64,000 nucleotides of DNA from Bacillota bacterium (GCA_023397655.1 JAEWTW010000057.1:50842-114841), one strand, 5' to 3'; counted from the stretch's first letter, positions 1-11,045 are shown. Notes: generated by a model from the sequence alone, not told the origin. Numbers and translations: made by a program.

Positions 1-1921
1 GCCAGGCTTTGTTCTGGGAGCAAGCTGTGCGCAGCACCCATGCGCCGATGGACAGTATCAGACCGGTCTGCTCAGCAATAGAGATAAACTCGCCGGGCAG
101 AACCATTCCCATCTCGGGGTGATGCCAGCGGATAAGCGCCTCCGCGCCCACGATCATGTTGGTGCTGCAATTGATCTGAGGCTGGTAATAGACCTCAAAC
201 TCCTCGCGTTCCAGTGCACGGAAAAGGTGGTTGGATACTCTCATGGTCTCAAGCACCTTGTTCTTTATGCTCTCGTTGCATATCACGTATTGGTTTTTAC
301 CTTTTTCTTTGGCGCGGTACATGGCGATGTCGGCATTCTTGATCAGTGTCTCGCTGTCTTCGCCGTCAGGCGGACAAACAGCCACGCCAATGGATGTGCT
401 GATAAAACACTCCTGATTGTTCAGAATAAAAGGTGTGCGGAAGCTGTCCAGAATTTTATCAGCGATTGCCCGGATGGCATCAAGATTGCTGACGTTTTCC
501 ACCATGACGATAAACTCGTCCCCGCCCAGTCTGGCAATCGTATCGCTTTGCCGCAGCGTTGCCTTCAGTCGTTTTGATACTTCAACCAGCAGCATGTCGC
601 CGGCCATATGGCCAATTGTATCGTTGATCATCTTAAAGCCGTCGAGATCAAGGAACAGTATGGCCAACAGCTTTCCCATGCGCTTTGTCAGCTGGATGCC
701 GTGGTTCAGATGCTCAGAGAAGTGAATGCGGTTGGGCAATCCGGTCAGATGGTCATGATACGCGAGGTATGTGATCTCTTCCTGTGCCTTTCTGCGCTCT
801 GTGACCTCCTGCCGCAGCTCATCGGCAGCTATAATCAGTTCGCTTTCCCGCGCTAAGGTTTGCTGGCGTGAGTCCAGAAGCTTGCCCAGCATGGCGTTTA
901 TTTCGCCCGTCATACCGGAAAGCTCGTCGCGATAACCGTCCGCCTTCAGCCGCTCCGATGGATCGTCATGATCGCCAATGCTCTTAACCGCTTTGCTCAT
1001 AGACAGCACTCTGGCCAAAATCACTCTGTTCATATAAATGAGAATAAGCAGTGTGAATATTAAGCTGGACACAACCAGTGCGATCATGACAGATCGTATG
1101 CCTGAACCGGCGATCATGCTCATGTCCCGGCTCATGTTGAGGCTGACCGTTACTGCCGGGTTCCCGTTAATATCATATAACGTTGCCAGACCTTGAAGGG
1201 TTTCCCGCGAAAGCGTTCTCACGGAGATACCGGCTGATATATAAGTATCTTTCAGTAAAATCTCCGGTGAGTCCTGTATTATACTTTCTTCCACAACAAT
1301 TCGGTTGCCGATTATCTCTGATAAATAGTCAATTTCCTTATCGTTGAGATAGCGATAAATGACAAGGTTGCCGTGAACCGGCCCATCCCCGTTGCTCGTG
1401 AGTATCGGGTTGGTAGCAAACAGCATGGCGCCGCCCGGAACTTTCAATACGCCCTTGAGTCTCTTGGTGGCGTCAAGATTGTCGCCGATAAGCTGCTTGA
1501 GCTGTTCTCTGATTGCGTCGGGTACCGGCTCAAGCTCGGAAGCTTCCGCGTTTATTTGTTCCGCATATACAATTTCACCTGATTGGTTCATATAAACCAT
1601 GGCGTCCAGCCGAAGGTTTTCAAAAAAGTATGCACCAAGGTTTTCGTCGATAAACTCCTGATTTCCGTCTTCTACAAACTGATAGGGATCATTCCATTCG
1701 GCCCAATCGACAGCGGTTTTTTGTAAGTCATTGAGCTCAAAACCAATGCCGATGCTGATTTGGTTCATCCGCTCCGATATATATTTATGTTCCAGTTGCT
1801 TGATGCTGCTCAGCAATAGCGTGTTCATGATCACAATGACCATGACCAGCATAAAAACAAACATGACAACCATAGTGAGGACTGTTCTTGTACGCAATGA
1901 AGGAAACAGCCGTTTACCCAT
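1..1921 (-). CDS. Membrane sensor c-di-GMP turnover protein (CHASE4-like sensor, GGDEF, EAL); C-terminus runs off the window
   Basis: Minus-strand frame is open from ATG at 1921 to the window edge, so it has no stop and is absent from the ORF track. My translation gives MGKRLFPSLRTRTVLTMVVMFVFMLVMVIVIM (TM), a DWAEWNDPYQF sensor motif, a second TM, RLGGDEFIVMVEN (~505-540) and the EAL-type ALIRWHHPEMGMVLPGEFISIAEQTGLI (~60-190). Confidence 0.85.
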   Translation of the reverse strand, partial: MGKRLFPSLRTRTVLTMVVMFVFMLVMVIVIMNTLLLSSIKQLEHKYISERMNQISIGIGFELNDLQKTAVDWAEWNDPYQFVEDGNQEFIDENLGAYFFENLRLDAMVYMNQSGEIVYAEQINAEASELEPVPDAIREQLKQLIGDNLDATKRLKGVLKVPGGAMLFATNPILTSNGDGPVHGNLVIYRYLNDKEIDYLSEIIGNRIVVEESIIQDSPEILLKDTYISAGISVRTLSRETLQGLATLYDINGNPAVTVSLNMSRDMSMIAGSGIRSVMIALVVSSLIFTLLILIYMNRVILARVLSMSKAVKSIGDHDDPSERLKADGYRDELSGMTGEINAMLGKLLDSRQQTLARESELIIAADELRQEVTERRKAQEEITYLAYHDHLTGLPNRIHFSEHLNHGIQLTKRMGKLLAILFLDLDGFKMINDTIGHMAGDMLLVEVSKRLKATLRQSDTIARLGGDEFIVMVENVSNLDAIRAIADKILDSFRTPFILNNQECFISTSIGVAVCPPDGEDSETLIKNADIAMYRAKEKGKNQYVICNESIKNKVLETMRVSNHLFRALEREEFEVYYQPQINCSTNMIVGAEALIRWHHPEMGMVLPGEFISIAEQTGLILSIGAWVLRTACSQNKAW

Positions 1922-2360
1922 AAAAACCCCCGTAAACAAATGAGTGGGACAGCAGCCTCCTTGGCTGCAATACATATATAACGAAAAATATACAATAATA
2001 AACAGATTAGGAGAAATTCCAATAAATTTAATTTGGGCGAGTCGGACAGTTAGCTCGACGGGGGCAATCAGTGCCCTGCAACACACGCCATATGAATTTT
2101 TGTGATTGTTAAATGCTGAGGAATATCATAAAACGACATTCCTTTATACTTTTCACCGTTTTAACGCTGCCACCGACCTTTTTCTACTTTTATTTCTATT
2201 AATGTTATTGTATAATATATTGAATGACCGCGGTCATTTAATATGTTCGGCACTCAAATACAAGCGGAAGCAGTGCATCATTTCCATTAATACTGAAAGG
2301 CCTGCGCTGATCTTATATTGCTTACAGGATTTATATGAGCGGTCAGGCAGAGGATGTTAT

Positions 2361-5300
2361 ATGCGTTTAATATTTGACACAAGAAGAAACGACAACAGAA
2401 GAAAGCTCCTGCCAGTGCTGTTGTGCGCAGCGCTGCTGCTGATGTTATTGCCGCAGACTGTTCGTGCGGCAGACGACTATACCTATATTGATGGAAACGG
2501 CGATGCGAAAACAACAACGGGGTTAACCGTTACACCCGTTACGGCTGATTCCGCCGCGCTGGCTGAAGGCTGGTATGTTGTGGACAGCGATGTCACCCGA
2601 AACGGCACCATCACCGTGAGCGGCAACGTTCATTTAATTATCATGGACGGATTTACGCTGTCAGTGACAGGCAGCTCCGATAACGCAGGGATCAGGGTAT
2701 CGACAGGTAACAGTCTGAGCGTTTACGGACAAGCGGCAGGAACAGGCACGATAAATGCCCAAGGAGGCCTCAATGGCGCAGGCATCGGCGGCGGAAAAAA
2801 CAGTTCGTCAGGTAGCATAACCATCAACAGCGGTTCTGTGACGGCAATCGGGGGTAACTACGGTGCTGGAATCGGCGGAGGGTATTATGGTAACGGCGGT
2901 ACGATCAATATAGCGGGCGGAACAGTTAACGCCACAGGCGGCAATGCCGGACTTGTCGTCGAAGGAACATCTCTTTACACCGGTGCAGGCATTGGCGGCG
3001 GGTACAATGGTGCAGGTGGAACAATAACAATATCAGGAGGCACAGTGAACGCGGCAAGCGGGCCGGCTGATACTGCCACAGGGGCAGGTATCGGCGGCGG
3101 CAGCGGAAAAGACGGCGGCAGGATTACAATATCGGGCGGAAATGTGACAGCCAACAGTGCTAAAGATGGTGCAGGATTGGGCGGAGGGGCCTATGGAGCC
3201 GGTGGTATAATCCTGATTTCCGGTGGAGATGTGACAGCAAGAAGTACTTATCGCGGCGCGGGCATCGGTGGTGGGTTGATTTATGCCGACGGTGGGAGTA
3301 TTACAATATCCGGAGGTACAGTCAAAGCATACGGCGGGGATCAAGGTGGATCGGGCATCGGCGGCGCGTCGTACAGCGCGGGCGGCACCGTTAAGATTCA
3401 AGGTGGTAGTGTAGAGGCAACGGGCGGGCTATGGGGTGCGGGCATCGGCGGGGGGTATGGCGGCAACGGTGGTGCTATTACCATATCAAGCGGAACCATC
3501 AAGGCTTATGCGGGAAGCTATGGCGCTGGCATTGGCGCCGGAGGAACAAACACAGCCGGTTCACATAATGGCGGAACAATTAAAATACTCGGGGGTAAGG
3601 TGACTGCCAAAGGCGGCGCCTCGGGAATGGACGCCGGGCTTGATATCGGGCGGGGCAGAAATGGCGTTAACGGCACACTGCTGATAGACGATACAGCGCA
3701 AGTCATTCTGACTGCCAATGGCATAGACTCTTCGGCGACAACGCTCGGTGCATGCATTCTTCAAGGACCTGCAGCCGGGTCGCTTTTGGGCGCGTATGAA
3801 GACGGCACCAAGATAACCGGTACATTAATTGATATGGGCAGTCAGACGCTATCCAGCGGCACCGGCTACACGGTCAGCGGTGATACCGTGGCCCTTTCCG
3901 GCAGCGGAAACTCGTATGTCCTTTTTGGCAGCACAAGCAGCCGAAACGTCGTCGTAGCATCGGGCAGCAGTGCGAATGTAGCTCTGTTTGCGACGGATAT
4001 AAGACCTACATCCGGATGTGCGTTCAACATGACGGGCGCAACCGTTAATATGAGGCTTGTGAGATCTAATACGCTTGTCAGCACCAGTGGTTTCGCTGGT
4101 CTTCAGGCTCCGTCAGGTTCAGTTCTGACCATTGACGGCAGTGCCACAGCCACGCTGACCACGCAGGGCGGACAATATGGCGCGGGTATCGGAGGTTCGA
4201 GCGCTGCGGGCGGTAACATCACTATCAACGGGGGTACGGTTAAGTCTTGGGGCGGCAGCAGCAGCGCTGGCATCGGTGGCGGCGAACGGAGTGCGGGAGG
4301 CAGCATCACAATAAATGGTGGTACGGTTGAGGCCCACGGCGGCGATTGGACGGGAGGTCTCCCCGGTGGGGCAGGCATCGGTGGCGGTGGCTACGGGGGT
4401 GGCGGCGTTATCACCATCAGCAACGGCAACGTCAAGAGCTGGGGCGGCGGAGACGGGGCGGGCATCGGCGGCGGCAGCGCCTATTCGGGCGGCAACATCA
4501 CCATCAGCGGCGGCAACGTCACCGCTTACGGCGGACAATATGGTGCGGGCATAGGAGGCGGTTGGTCCGGCAACGCCGGTAACATTATCATCAGCGGCGG
4601 AACAGTTATGGCGCAGGGTGGTAGTAATGGGTCGGGTATCGGCTGCGGTGGACGCGGCGCCTCAGGCGGCTCGGTTGCCATCAGCGGCGGAACGATAACG
4701 GCATATGGCGGCAGTGCGGGCTCTAGCGGCGGCGGCGGTGCGGGTGTCGGCGGCGGAGGAGGCACCGGCAGTATCGGTAATGGCGGTGCGAGCGGTGAGG
4801 TCACCATCAGCGGCAGCGCAACAGTGACTGCGCGTGGCAGTGATGGCGGCGCGGGTATCGGCGGCGGCGGCACGGGTGGCGGTGTTGGCGGCGCAGGCGG
4901 CACCTTGTCGGCAGACGGCGCTAACGTGACCGTATCGGCAACTGGCAGCGGCAGCGGATACGACATCGGTTCCGGCAACAACAATACATCCGGCGGCAGC
5001 CTGTCCATGACCAACAATGCCGCTGTTATGATGTACCTTAACGGCACAAACGCAAACACCAGCTTCATCACAGGCACTGTCGGAGGCGACGGGGCAGGGC
5101 TTAAGGCGGGAACATATCTGAATGCTCAAAAGCTGATGTCGTTCAGCGCTTTCAATGTTTCTCCAAGCTCGGGCGCTGATGCTTTTGATACCGTTACTTT
5201 TCATGCTGTTGTAGATGGTATATCAGATACTCTCCCCGAAGGACTCATCTTGTTTAAGGCTAACGGCGGAGTGATTGGGCAATGCTCTGTGACGCGCACA

Positions 5301-8180
5301 GAAGAAGGAAGCAGTCAGGGCACAGCCGATTTTGAATGGATTACGATTGGCGGAACCTATACCTTTACGGCGCAATATGTGCAGAATGAGACTTCTGACA
5401 GTTATTATACGACAGGCAATAGACAAATAACAGGATACACCATCTCAAAAATCGACCAGGCGACGCTTTCGATCAACAACCCGGGGACAGTAACCTACGG
5501 AGACGCGCCTTTCGATCTGATCGTCAGCGGCGGCAGCGGTACCGGAGCGCTCAGCTACGCGGTAACGGCGGGTAACGCCGTCAGTGTGGATGCAAACGGG
5601 CGGGTGACAGTGGCAAAAGCGGGCACGGCAACCGTTACGGTGACCAAGGCTGCGGACATCAATTATGAAGTGGCGCAGGCGACTGTTGATATCACGGTCG
5701 GCAAGGCAACGCCCGCGGCTGTGATTTTCCCAACATCAAGCGGCGTCACATACGGTGCAAAACTGTCGTCCTCGGTATTATCCGGCGGCAGCGGCGACGG
5801 CAGCTTCGCATGGGAGAACCCGGACACTGTACCGACTGTCAACAACAGCGGCTATCAAGTGATATTCACACCGCGGGATGCCGACAACTACGATTATACA
5901 GGCGTTACGCTGGAGAGCACGGTCGATATATCGGTGAGCAAAGCAGTGCCCACGGTGACATTTCCGGCTGCGGAAACGATCACATACGGCGCAAAACTCT
6001 CCGCCTCAGATTTGACGGGCGGCAGCGGTGACGGCAGCTTTGCATGGGAGAATCCGGATATTGTACCGCCTGTGATAAACAGCGGCTACAGCGTGATATT
6101 TACACCGGACGACACAGACAACTATCTCACGGTTGAGCAAAATGTGAGCATCATCGTGAACAAAGCGGAGCAGGCTGCGCTGTCGGTCGGCGGCATACCG
6201 GAGGTTATCCGATACGGCGACGCGGACTTCACGGTCATTGTGGGCGGCGGCAGCGGAACCGGTGCACTCAGCTACCAAATAACATCGGGTGATGCCGTTG
6301 CTGTAGATGCGGCTGGGAAAGTGAGCGTTCTTAAGCCCGGCACGGCGGTGCTGACGGTGACCAAGGCGGCCGACAGCAATTATTTCAGCCAGCAGCAGAC
6401 TGCCCAAATCATTGTGGACAAAGGCATTCAAACCTCTTTGTCGCTGTCCGGAATACCAAGCACCATCCTTTACGGTGACGCACCTTTTGATCTGATCGTC
6501 AGCGGCGGCAGCGGTACCGGAGTGCTCAGCTTTGTGGTGACTGCAGGTGACGCTGTCAGCGTGAACTCAGGGGGGCAAGTCACGATAGAGAAGGCGGGCA
6601 CGGCGACTGTCACCGTGACCAAAGCAGCGGACAGCAATTATGAAGTGGCGCAGGCGACTGTTGAAATCACGGTGGGTAAGGCAACGCCCGCGGCTGTGAT
6701 TTTCCCGACATCAGGCGGCGTCACATACGGTGCAAAACTGTCAGCCTCAGTATTATCCGGCGGCAGCGGCGACGGCAGCTTTGCCTGGGAGAACCCGGAC
6801 GCTGTACCGACTGTCAATAACAGCGGCTATCAAGTGATATTCACGCCGAGAGATGCCGACAACTATGATTACACAGGCGTTACGCTGGAAAGCACGGTCG
6901 ATATTTCGGTGAACAAGGCAGTGCCCACGGTGACATTTCCGGCTGCGGAAACGATCACATACGGCGCGAAACTCTCCGCCTCAGATTTGACGGGAGGCAG
7001 CGGTGACGGCAGCTTTGCATGGGAGAATCCGGATATCGTACCGCCTGTGATAAACAGCGGCTATAGTGTGATATTTACACCGGACGACACGGATAACTAT
7101 CTCACGGTTGAGCAAAATGTGAGCATCATCGTGAATAAAGCGGAGCAAGCTGCGCTGTCGGTCAGCGGCATACCGGAAATTATCCGATACGGCGATGCGG
7201 ATTTCACTGTCATTGTGAGCGGCGGTAACGGAACCGGTACAATCAGCTACCAAATAACATCAGGTGATGCCGTTGCTGTGGATGCAGCCGGTAAAGTGAG
7301 CGTCCTTAAGCCCGGCACGGCGGTGATGACAGTGACCAAGGAGGCCGACAGCAATTATATTTTACGACAGGACAGTGTTGAAATCGTTGTCAACAAAGCG
7401 GATCAAAAGCCTTTGTCCCTGACCGGAATTCCGGACAGCATACGATATGGCGATGCGGATTTCACAGTTCGGGTCAGCGGCGGCAGCGGAACAGGAACGC
7501 TTAGTTTTGAGGTGACGGGTAGCGCTGTCAATGTCAGCGATGCGGGCAAAGTTCAGATTAAAAGAGCGGGGAAATCAACACTAACCGTTACAAAGTCAGG
7601 GGACGGATTCTATAATGAAGTATCGGTGTCTGTTGAGTTGGCAGTGAAGAAAAAAGAGGTATCGGATGAACCGGCAGTCAACTCAGAAGCGGTGACAACG
7701 CCAACACCGTCACCGTCCGCAAGCGCATCACCCGCCCCATCGCCGACGCCGGACACATCGGCTGTGCCGGCAATGGAGCCGGCTCAAGCATCGGCCGCAT
7801 TGGTGCCCGTACGTGTGGACGAAGATTCAGCGACAGGAATGCTTGTGATAGAAATAAGCATTGCGGATTTACCCGAGAACACGACTACGATTAAGCTCGC
7901 AAACGGTGAGGTAATTGATGTTGACCGCACGCAGGAGACGTTGCGGCTGGAAATCAGCCGTGATGATTTGAATGCCAGCGGAGAGCTCGAAATTACTGTG
8001 ATGAATGAGGGTATCCCGCTTACAACGTTAAAGGTTGCGGTTGCTGGAGAGACACCGCCGCAGAATACTGTAGCTGGCATACTCTCGGTATTGATCTGGA
8101 TTGCCGTCGGTTTAGGGGTGCTCGGCTTAGCGGCGTTTATCGCAGTCATAGCAATAAAGAAGCATGGGCGGCGCTTTTAA
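2361..8180 (+). CDS. Giant cell-surface protein: signal peptide, >20 Gly-rich beta-helix-type repeats, Ig-like repeat modules, PST-rich stalk, C-terminal TM anchor
   Basis: ORF 2106-8180. The likely start is ATG 2361 (MRLIFDTRRNDNRRKLLPVLLCAALLLMLLPQTVRA), preceded by AGAGGA. It has repeated GG.V.A.GG.GAGIGGG units, repeated ITYGAKLSASDLTGGSGDGSFAWENPD modules, and the tail IAVGLGVLGLAAFIAVIAIKKHGRRF. No LPXTG motif was seen. Confidence 0.8.
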   Translation: MRLIFDTRRNDNRRKLLPVLLCAALLLMLLPQTVRAADDYTYIDGNGDAKTTTGLTVTPVTADSAALAEGWYVVDSDVTRNGTITVSGNVHLIIMDGFTLSVTGSSDNAGIRVSTGNSLSVYGQAAGTGTINAQGGLNGAGIGGGKNSSSGSITINSGSVTAIGGNYGAGIGGGYYGNGGTINIAGGTVNATGGNAGLVVEGTSLYTGAGIGGGYNGAGGTITISGGTVNAASGPADTATGAGIGGGSGKDGGRITISGGNVTANSAKDGAGLGGGAYGAGGIILISGGDVTARSTYRGAGIGGGLIYADGGSITISGGTVKAYGGDQGGSGIGGASYSAGGTVKIQGGSVEATGGLWGAGIGGGYGGNGGAITISSGTIKAYAGSYGAGIGAGGTNTAGSHNGGTIKILGGKVTAKGGASGMDAGLDIGRGRNGVNGTLLIDDTAQVILTANGIDSSATTLGACILQGPAAGSLLGAYEDGTKITGTLIDMGSQTLSSGTGYTVSGDTVALSGSGNSYVLFGSTSSRNVVVASGSSANVALFATDIRPTSGCAFNMTGATVNMRLVRSNTLVSTSGFAGLQAPSGSVLTIDGSATATLTTQGGQYGAGIGGSSAAGGNITINGGTVKSWGGSSSAGIGGGERSAGGSITINGGTVEAHGGDWTGGLPGGAGIGGGGYGGGGVITISNGNVKSWGGGDGAGIGGGSAYSGGNITISGGNVTAYGGQYGAGIGGGWSGNAGNIIISGGTVMAQGGSNGSGIGCGGRGASGGSVAISGGTITAYGGSAGSSGGGGAGVGGGGGTGSIGNGGASGEVTISGSATVTARGSDGGAGIGGGGTGGGVGGAGGTLSADGANVTVSATGSGSGYDIGSGNNNTSGGSLSMTNNAAVMMYLNGTNANTSFITGTVGGDGAGLKAGTYLNAQKLMSFSAFNVSPSSGADAFDTVTFHAVVDGISDTLPEGLILFKANGGVIGQCSVTRTEEGSSQGTADFEWITIGGTYTFTAQYVQNETSDSYYTTGNRQITGYTISKIDQATLSINNPGTVTYGDAPFDLIVSGGSGTGALSYAVTAGNAVSVDANGRVTVAKAGTATVTVTKAADINYEVAQATVDITVGKATPAAVIFPTSSGVTYGAKLSSSVLSGGSGDGSFAWENPDTVPTVNNSGYQVIFTPRDADNYDYTGVTLESTVDISVSKAVPTVTFPAAETITYGAKLSASDLTGGSGDGSFAWENPDIVPPVINSGYSVIFTPDDTDNYLTVEQNVSIIVNKAEQAALSVGGIPEVIRYGDADFTVIVGGGSGTGALSYQITSGDAVAVDAAGKVSVLKPGTAVLTVTKAADSNYFSQQQTAQIIVDKGIQTSLSLSGIPSTILYGDAPFDLIVSGGSGTGVLSFVVTAGDAVSVNSGGQVTIEKAGTATVTVTKAADSNYEVAQATVEITVGKATPAAVIFPTSGGVTYGAKLSASVLSGGSGDGSFAWENPDAVPTVNNSGYQVIFTPRDADNYDYTGVTLESTVDISVNKAVPTVTFPAAETITYGAKLSASDLTGGSGDGSFAWENPDIVPPVINSGYSVIFTPDDTDNYLTVEQNVSIIVNKAEQAALSVSGIPEIIRYGDADFTVIVSGGNGTGTISYQITSGDAVAVDAAGKVSVLKPGTAVMTVTKEADSNYILRQDSVEIVVNKADQKPLSLTGIPDSIRYGDADFTVRVSGGSGTGTLSFEVTGSAVNVSDAGKVQIKRAGKSTLTVTKSGDGFYNEVSVSVELAVKKKEVSDEPAVNSEAVTTPTPSPSASASPAPSPTPDTSAVPAMEPAQASAALVPVRVDEDSATGMLVIEISIADLPENTTTIKLANGEVIDVDRTQETLRLEISRDDLNASGELEITVMNEGIPLTTLKVAVAGETPPQNTVAGILSVLIWIAVGLGVLGLAAFIAVIAIKKHGRRF
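5445..7395 (+). repeat. In-frame tandem duplication (2 x 975 bp, 325 aa) inside the surface-protein gene
   Basis: GATCTGATCGTCAGCGGCGGCAGCGGTACCGG occurs at 5514 and 6489, a period of 975. Protein blocks from GDAPFDLIVSGGSGTG to KAADSNY repeat nearly identically. Confidence 0.85.
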
Positions 8181-8276
8181 TACGGCACAGTCTGTGAATA
8201 CAAGCAGCAGGACAGCCGATGAATTGACCGGCTCATCATGCAATCAGATAAGGGTGATAAAAATGATGCGGCAGTG

Positions 8277-9425
8277 TTATTCCTCGTTGATTTTCGGATT
8301 TCGCCGCAGGTTGCGCACCGACATCCTGATCAGCGTGCCCACCACCTGCGACAATATTTTGCGCGTTTCCGGATCAAGGCTGCGGTAAGTGCCGATCATT
8401 TTGATGGCGGACTTGCCCCACGATTCTGTCAGCTCCGCGACGGACTTCGCATTGGTCGTCTCGATGAGCCGGAACAGCACCTCCACCAACAGGCGGCGTT
8501 GGTCGTCCGGCAGCACCTCCAGCCACTCGCTGAGCGTTCTGTGCATGTACAGCGAACTGTCCGCCAGCTTCCCTACATAGACGAAATCCCCGTCCTTCAC
8601 CACCCATGTGAACGCATCGTGCTGCATCACCCCGAAGCCGGTGCTTTCCACCACGCGGTAGTTCTGCGTGTCGGCCAACAGCATGCCCACAAACGCCGAT
8701 TCAGGCAGTATCTTGTGCACCCGGCTCTCGACGGCGCGGTATTCCGGCGTTTCCAGCACGCTTGAGCGGAAGCCGGGGCCGTCGTGGTTGTACACCTCGA
8801 TGATGCGGCGCTGCACGGAGGGGCTGCATTTCATCGCGGCGTACACCGCAAGGTTGCCGCCCTTGGAGTGCCCACCCACACGCAGCCTCATCCGGAAGGA
8901 CAGGCGTTTGCCCACCGCGTCCAGATAACCCGCCGCGGCCTGCTGGGACGGCACGGGGGAGAGGTAGGCCATGTTAAGGTCCTCCTTCCAGCCCACGATG
9001 GACATGTCTGTGCCGCGGAACGCGATGAAGGCGGTGCCGTCCTCCAGCTGGAACGTGACAGCGGAGAACTGCTGCTCCTGTTCGGTGTCGAAGGCGTCCT
9101 CAAAGAAGCGCACGCGGATTTCGCGGAAGCGCGGACTGGCCGCCGCCGCAAAAAGCAACGCATGCCGGTTGCTGGTGCCGTAGATCACGTGGTCCTTGGG
9201 CAGCGCGCCCACGGAAGGGTGCGTCGGGCGGAACATGTCGCTGAACAGCTCCGCGCGGTACAGCTGGCTCAAAGGGATGGATTTGGCGAACAGGCGCATA
9301 CCGGACACCGCGCTCCCGAAGTTAACGTAAGCCAGCTCGGACAGCACAAGGCTGTCCACCGCGCAGAAGGGTCTGTCGGCCATCCGGCGCTGTTCGGTTT
9401 GCACATAGGTGATAATGTTTCCCAT
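8277..9425 (-). CDS. DUF2974/Mbeg1-like alpha/beta hydrolase (lipase-like)
   Basis: This is the lower part of ORF 8277-9746. The start is set at ATG 9425 (MGNIITYVQ) because the upstream extension overlaps the ABC ATPase gene. GHSKGG nucleophile elbow; FRGTD motif. Confidence 0.7.
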   Translation of the reverse strand: MGNIITYVQTEQRRMADRPFCAVDSLVLSELAYVNFGSAVSGMRLFAKSIPLSQLYRAELFSDMFRPTHPSVGALPKDHVIYGTSNRHALLFAAAASPRFREIRVRFFEDAFDTEQEQQFSAVTFQLEDGTAFIAFRGTDMSIVGWKEDLNMAYLSPVPSQQAAAGYLDAVGKRLSFRMRLRVGGHSKGGNLAVYAAMKCSPSVQRRIIEVYNHDGPGFRSSVLETPEYRAVESRVHKILPESAFVGMLLADTQNYRVVESTGFGVMQHDAFTWVVKDGDFVYVGKLADSSLYMHRTLSEWLEVLPDDQRRLLVEVLFRLIETTNAKSVAELTESWGKSAIKMIGTYRSLDPETRKILSQVVGTLIRMSVRNLRRNPKINEE

Positions 9426-9475
9426 GATAAACGCTCCCAATATAAAGAAGCGCCGAAGCGCCTCTTGAGATATCG

Positions 9476-10228
9476 TTATAACACCTTGGCCAGAAAGCTT
9501 TTCAGCCGGTCGGACTGCGGGCTGTCGAACAGCGCCCCCGGCGCATTCTCTTCCACGATGCGGCCCTCGTCCATGAACAGCACGCGCGTGCCCACCTCGC
9601 GGGCGAAGCCCATCTCGTGCGTGACCACCACCATCGTCATGCCGCCCTGAGCGAGCGACTTCATTACGTCCAGCACCTCGCCGACCATTTCGGGGTCGAG
9701 CGCGGAGGTCGGCTCGTCGAACAGCATCACATCCGGGTTCATGCACAGCGCGCGCACGATGGCGATGCGCTGCTTTTGCCCGCCCGACAGCTGGGAGGGG
9801 TAGGCGTTTGCACGGTCCGAGAGGCCCACACGCTGCAGCAGCGCCATGGCGTCCGCTTCCGCTTCCTGCTGCGATTTTCGCAGCAGCTTGATGGGCGCGA
9901 TCGTCATGTTTTTGAGCACGCTCATGTGCGGGAACAGGTTGAACTGCTGAAACACCATGCCCATCTTCTGACGGTGGATGTTGATGTCCACCTTGGGGTC
10001 GGTGATGTCCGTGCCTTCGAAGAATATGTGACCGCCCGTAGGCGTTTCCAGCAGGTTCAGGCAGCGCAGGTAGGTGGATTTGCCGGAGCCGGAAGGCCCG
10101 ATGACCACTGCCACATCGCCCTTCTTGATCTCAGAGTCGATGCCGTCCAGCGCTTTGATGATGCCGTAATGTTTTTCGAGGCCCTGCGTGCGGATGAGCA
10201 CGTCGCCCTTGATAAAGTTATCGCTCAC
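9476..10228 (-). CDS. Polar amino-acid ABC transporter ATP-binding protein
   Basis: Walker [10 protein letters not shown], signature LSGGQKQR, Walker [16 protein letters not shown] start at 10228 follows GAGGAGG and overlaps the permease stop. Confidence 0.9.
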   Translation of the reverse strand: MSDNFIKGDVLIRTQGLEKHYGIIKALDGIDSEIKKGDVAVVIGPSGSGKSTYLRCLNLLETPTGGHIFFEGTDITDPKVDINIHRQKMGMVFQQFNLFPHMSVLKNMTIAPIKLLRKSQQEAEADAMALLQRVGLSDRANAYPSQLSGGQKQRIAIVRALCMNPDVMLFDEPTSALDPEMVGEVLDVMKSLAQGGMTMVVVTHEMGFAREVGTRVLFMDEGRIVEENAPGALFDSPQSDRLKSFLAKVL

Positions 10229-10922
10229 TGCGTTGCAGCCTCCTCTCAAGCAATGTGACCCCGCGCGACAGCAGCATGACCAGTGCGAGATAAATGACAG
10301 CAGCGGCCAACAGCGGCAGTGTATAGCTGTAAATGGTACCGCCGATGCTGAACGCTCCACGCGTCAGATCCTCAACTGCAATATACCCGGCGACCGATGT
10401 CTCCTTCAGCAGCACGATGAATTCATTGGCCAGCGGCGGTATGGCGTTTTTAAAGGCCTGCGGCATAATAATATGCACCATCGTCTGTGTATAGTTAAAA
10501 CCAAGGCTGCGGCCCGCTTCAAACTGCCCGCCGTCTATCGCATTGATGCCGCCGCGAAAGATTTCCGCCACATAAGCGCCTGAGTTGATGCCGAATGCGA
10601 GTATCGCGAGCGGTATCTTATAGGTGGTGGGAGCGGAAGCAAAAATCACAAAGTAGATGATCATGATCTGTATCATCACCGGGGTGCCGCGGATGACAGT
10701 GAGGTAGACCTTACATATGGCGTTGGCTATTTTCAGCCGGCCTGTTTTATCGTGAGTGGTGCGGATAATAGAAACGACAAAGCCGATAGCAATGCCGATA
10801 ATAACAGCGCAAAGAGTAATGAGAAGCGTATTGCCCAGTCCATTTGTTATAAATCTCCAACGATTGTGATCGATGAAGGCAAGCGTAAATTTGCTGACAA
10901 ATTCTTGCCACCACTCAGCCAT
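10218..10922 (-). CDS. Polar amino-acid ABC transporter permease
   Basis: ORF 10218-10952 trimmed to ATG 10922 (MAEWWQEF), preceded by AAAGGAGG. Multi-TM with an EAA-like loop ([15 protein letters not shown]). Confidence 0.9.
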   Translation of the reverse strand: MAEWWQEFVSKFTLAFIDHNRWRFITNGLGNTLLITLCAVIIGIAIGFVVSIIRTTHDKTGRLKIANAICKVYLTVIRGTPVMIQIMIIYFVIFASAPTTYKIPLAILAFGINSGAYVAEIFRGGINAIDGGQFEAGRSLGFNYTQTMVHIIMPQAFKNAIPPLANEFIVLLKETSVAGYIAVEDLTRGAFSIGGTIYSYTLPLLAAAVIYLALVMLLSRGVTLLERRLQRSER

Positions 10923-11045
10923 AAGCCATCCTCCTTTATTCACAAATATCATAAGAAAAAGGCTGCCTGTAAGCAGGCAGCCTTGCAGTTTGTCATTTCA
11001 CTCTGCCCTATAAAGGGTAACAGCGTATACGCGCTTTGTCAAGCG

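Noticed and set aside
1941-1966. GAGTGGGACAGCAGCCTCCTTGGCTGC resembles the GGGACGCAAAGCC core of c-di-GMP-I (GEMM-I) riboswitches
   Set aside because: I could not find the 5' half (GGCAAACC plus a GNRA tetraloop stem). The motif lies about 400 nt from the adhesin start and abuts the divergent gene start. It needs cmsearch before it can be reported as a feature.
2106-2360. N-terminal 85-aa extension of the giant ORF (MLNAEEYHKTTFLY...)
   Set aside because: It is AT-rich leader-like sequence. A proper signal peptide with an RBS begins at ATG 2361, so the extension is an artefact of the longest-ORF call.
9426-9746. Upstream extension of ORF 8277-9746 (Arg/Gly-rich)
   Set aside because: It overlaps the 3' end of the ABC ATPase gene in another frame and has GC-rich junk composition. 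The real start is MGNIITYV at 9425.
10229-10360. Upstream extension of the ABC ATPase ORF ([10 protein letters not shown]...)
   Set aside because: It lies inside the permease gene. A GTG at 10228 with GAGGAGG gives a standard-length ATPase.
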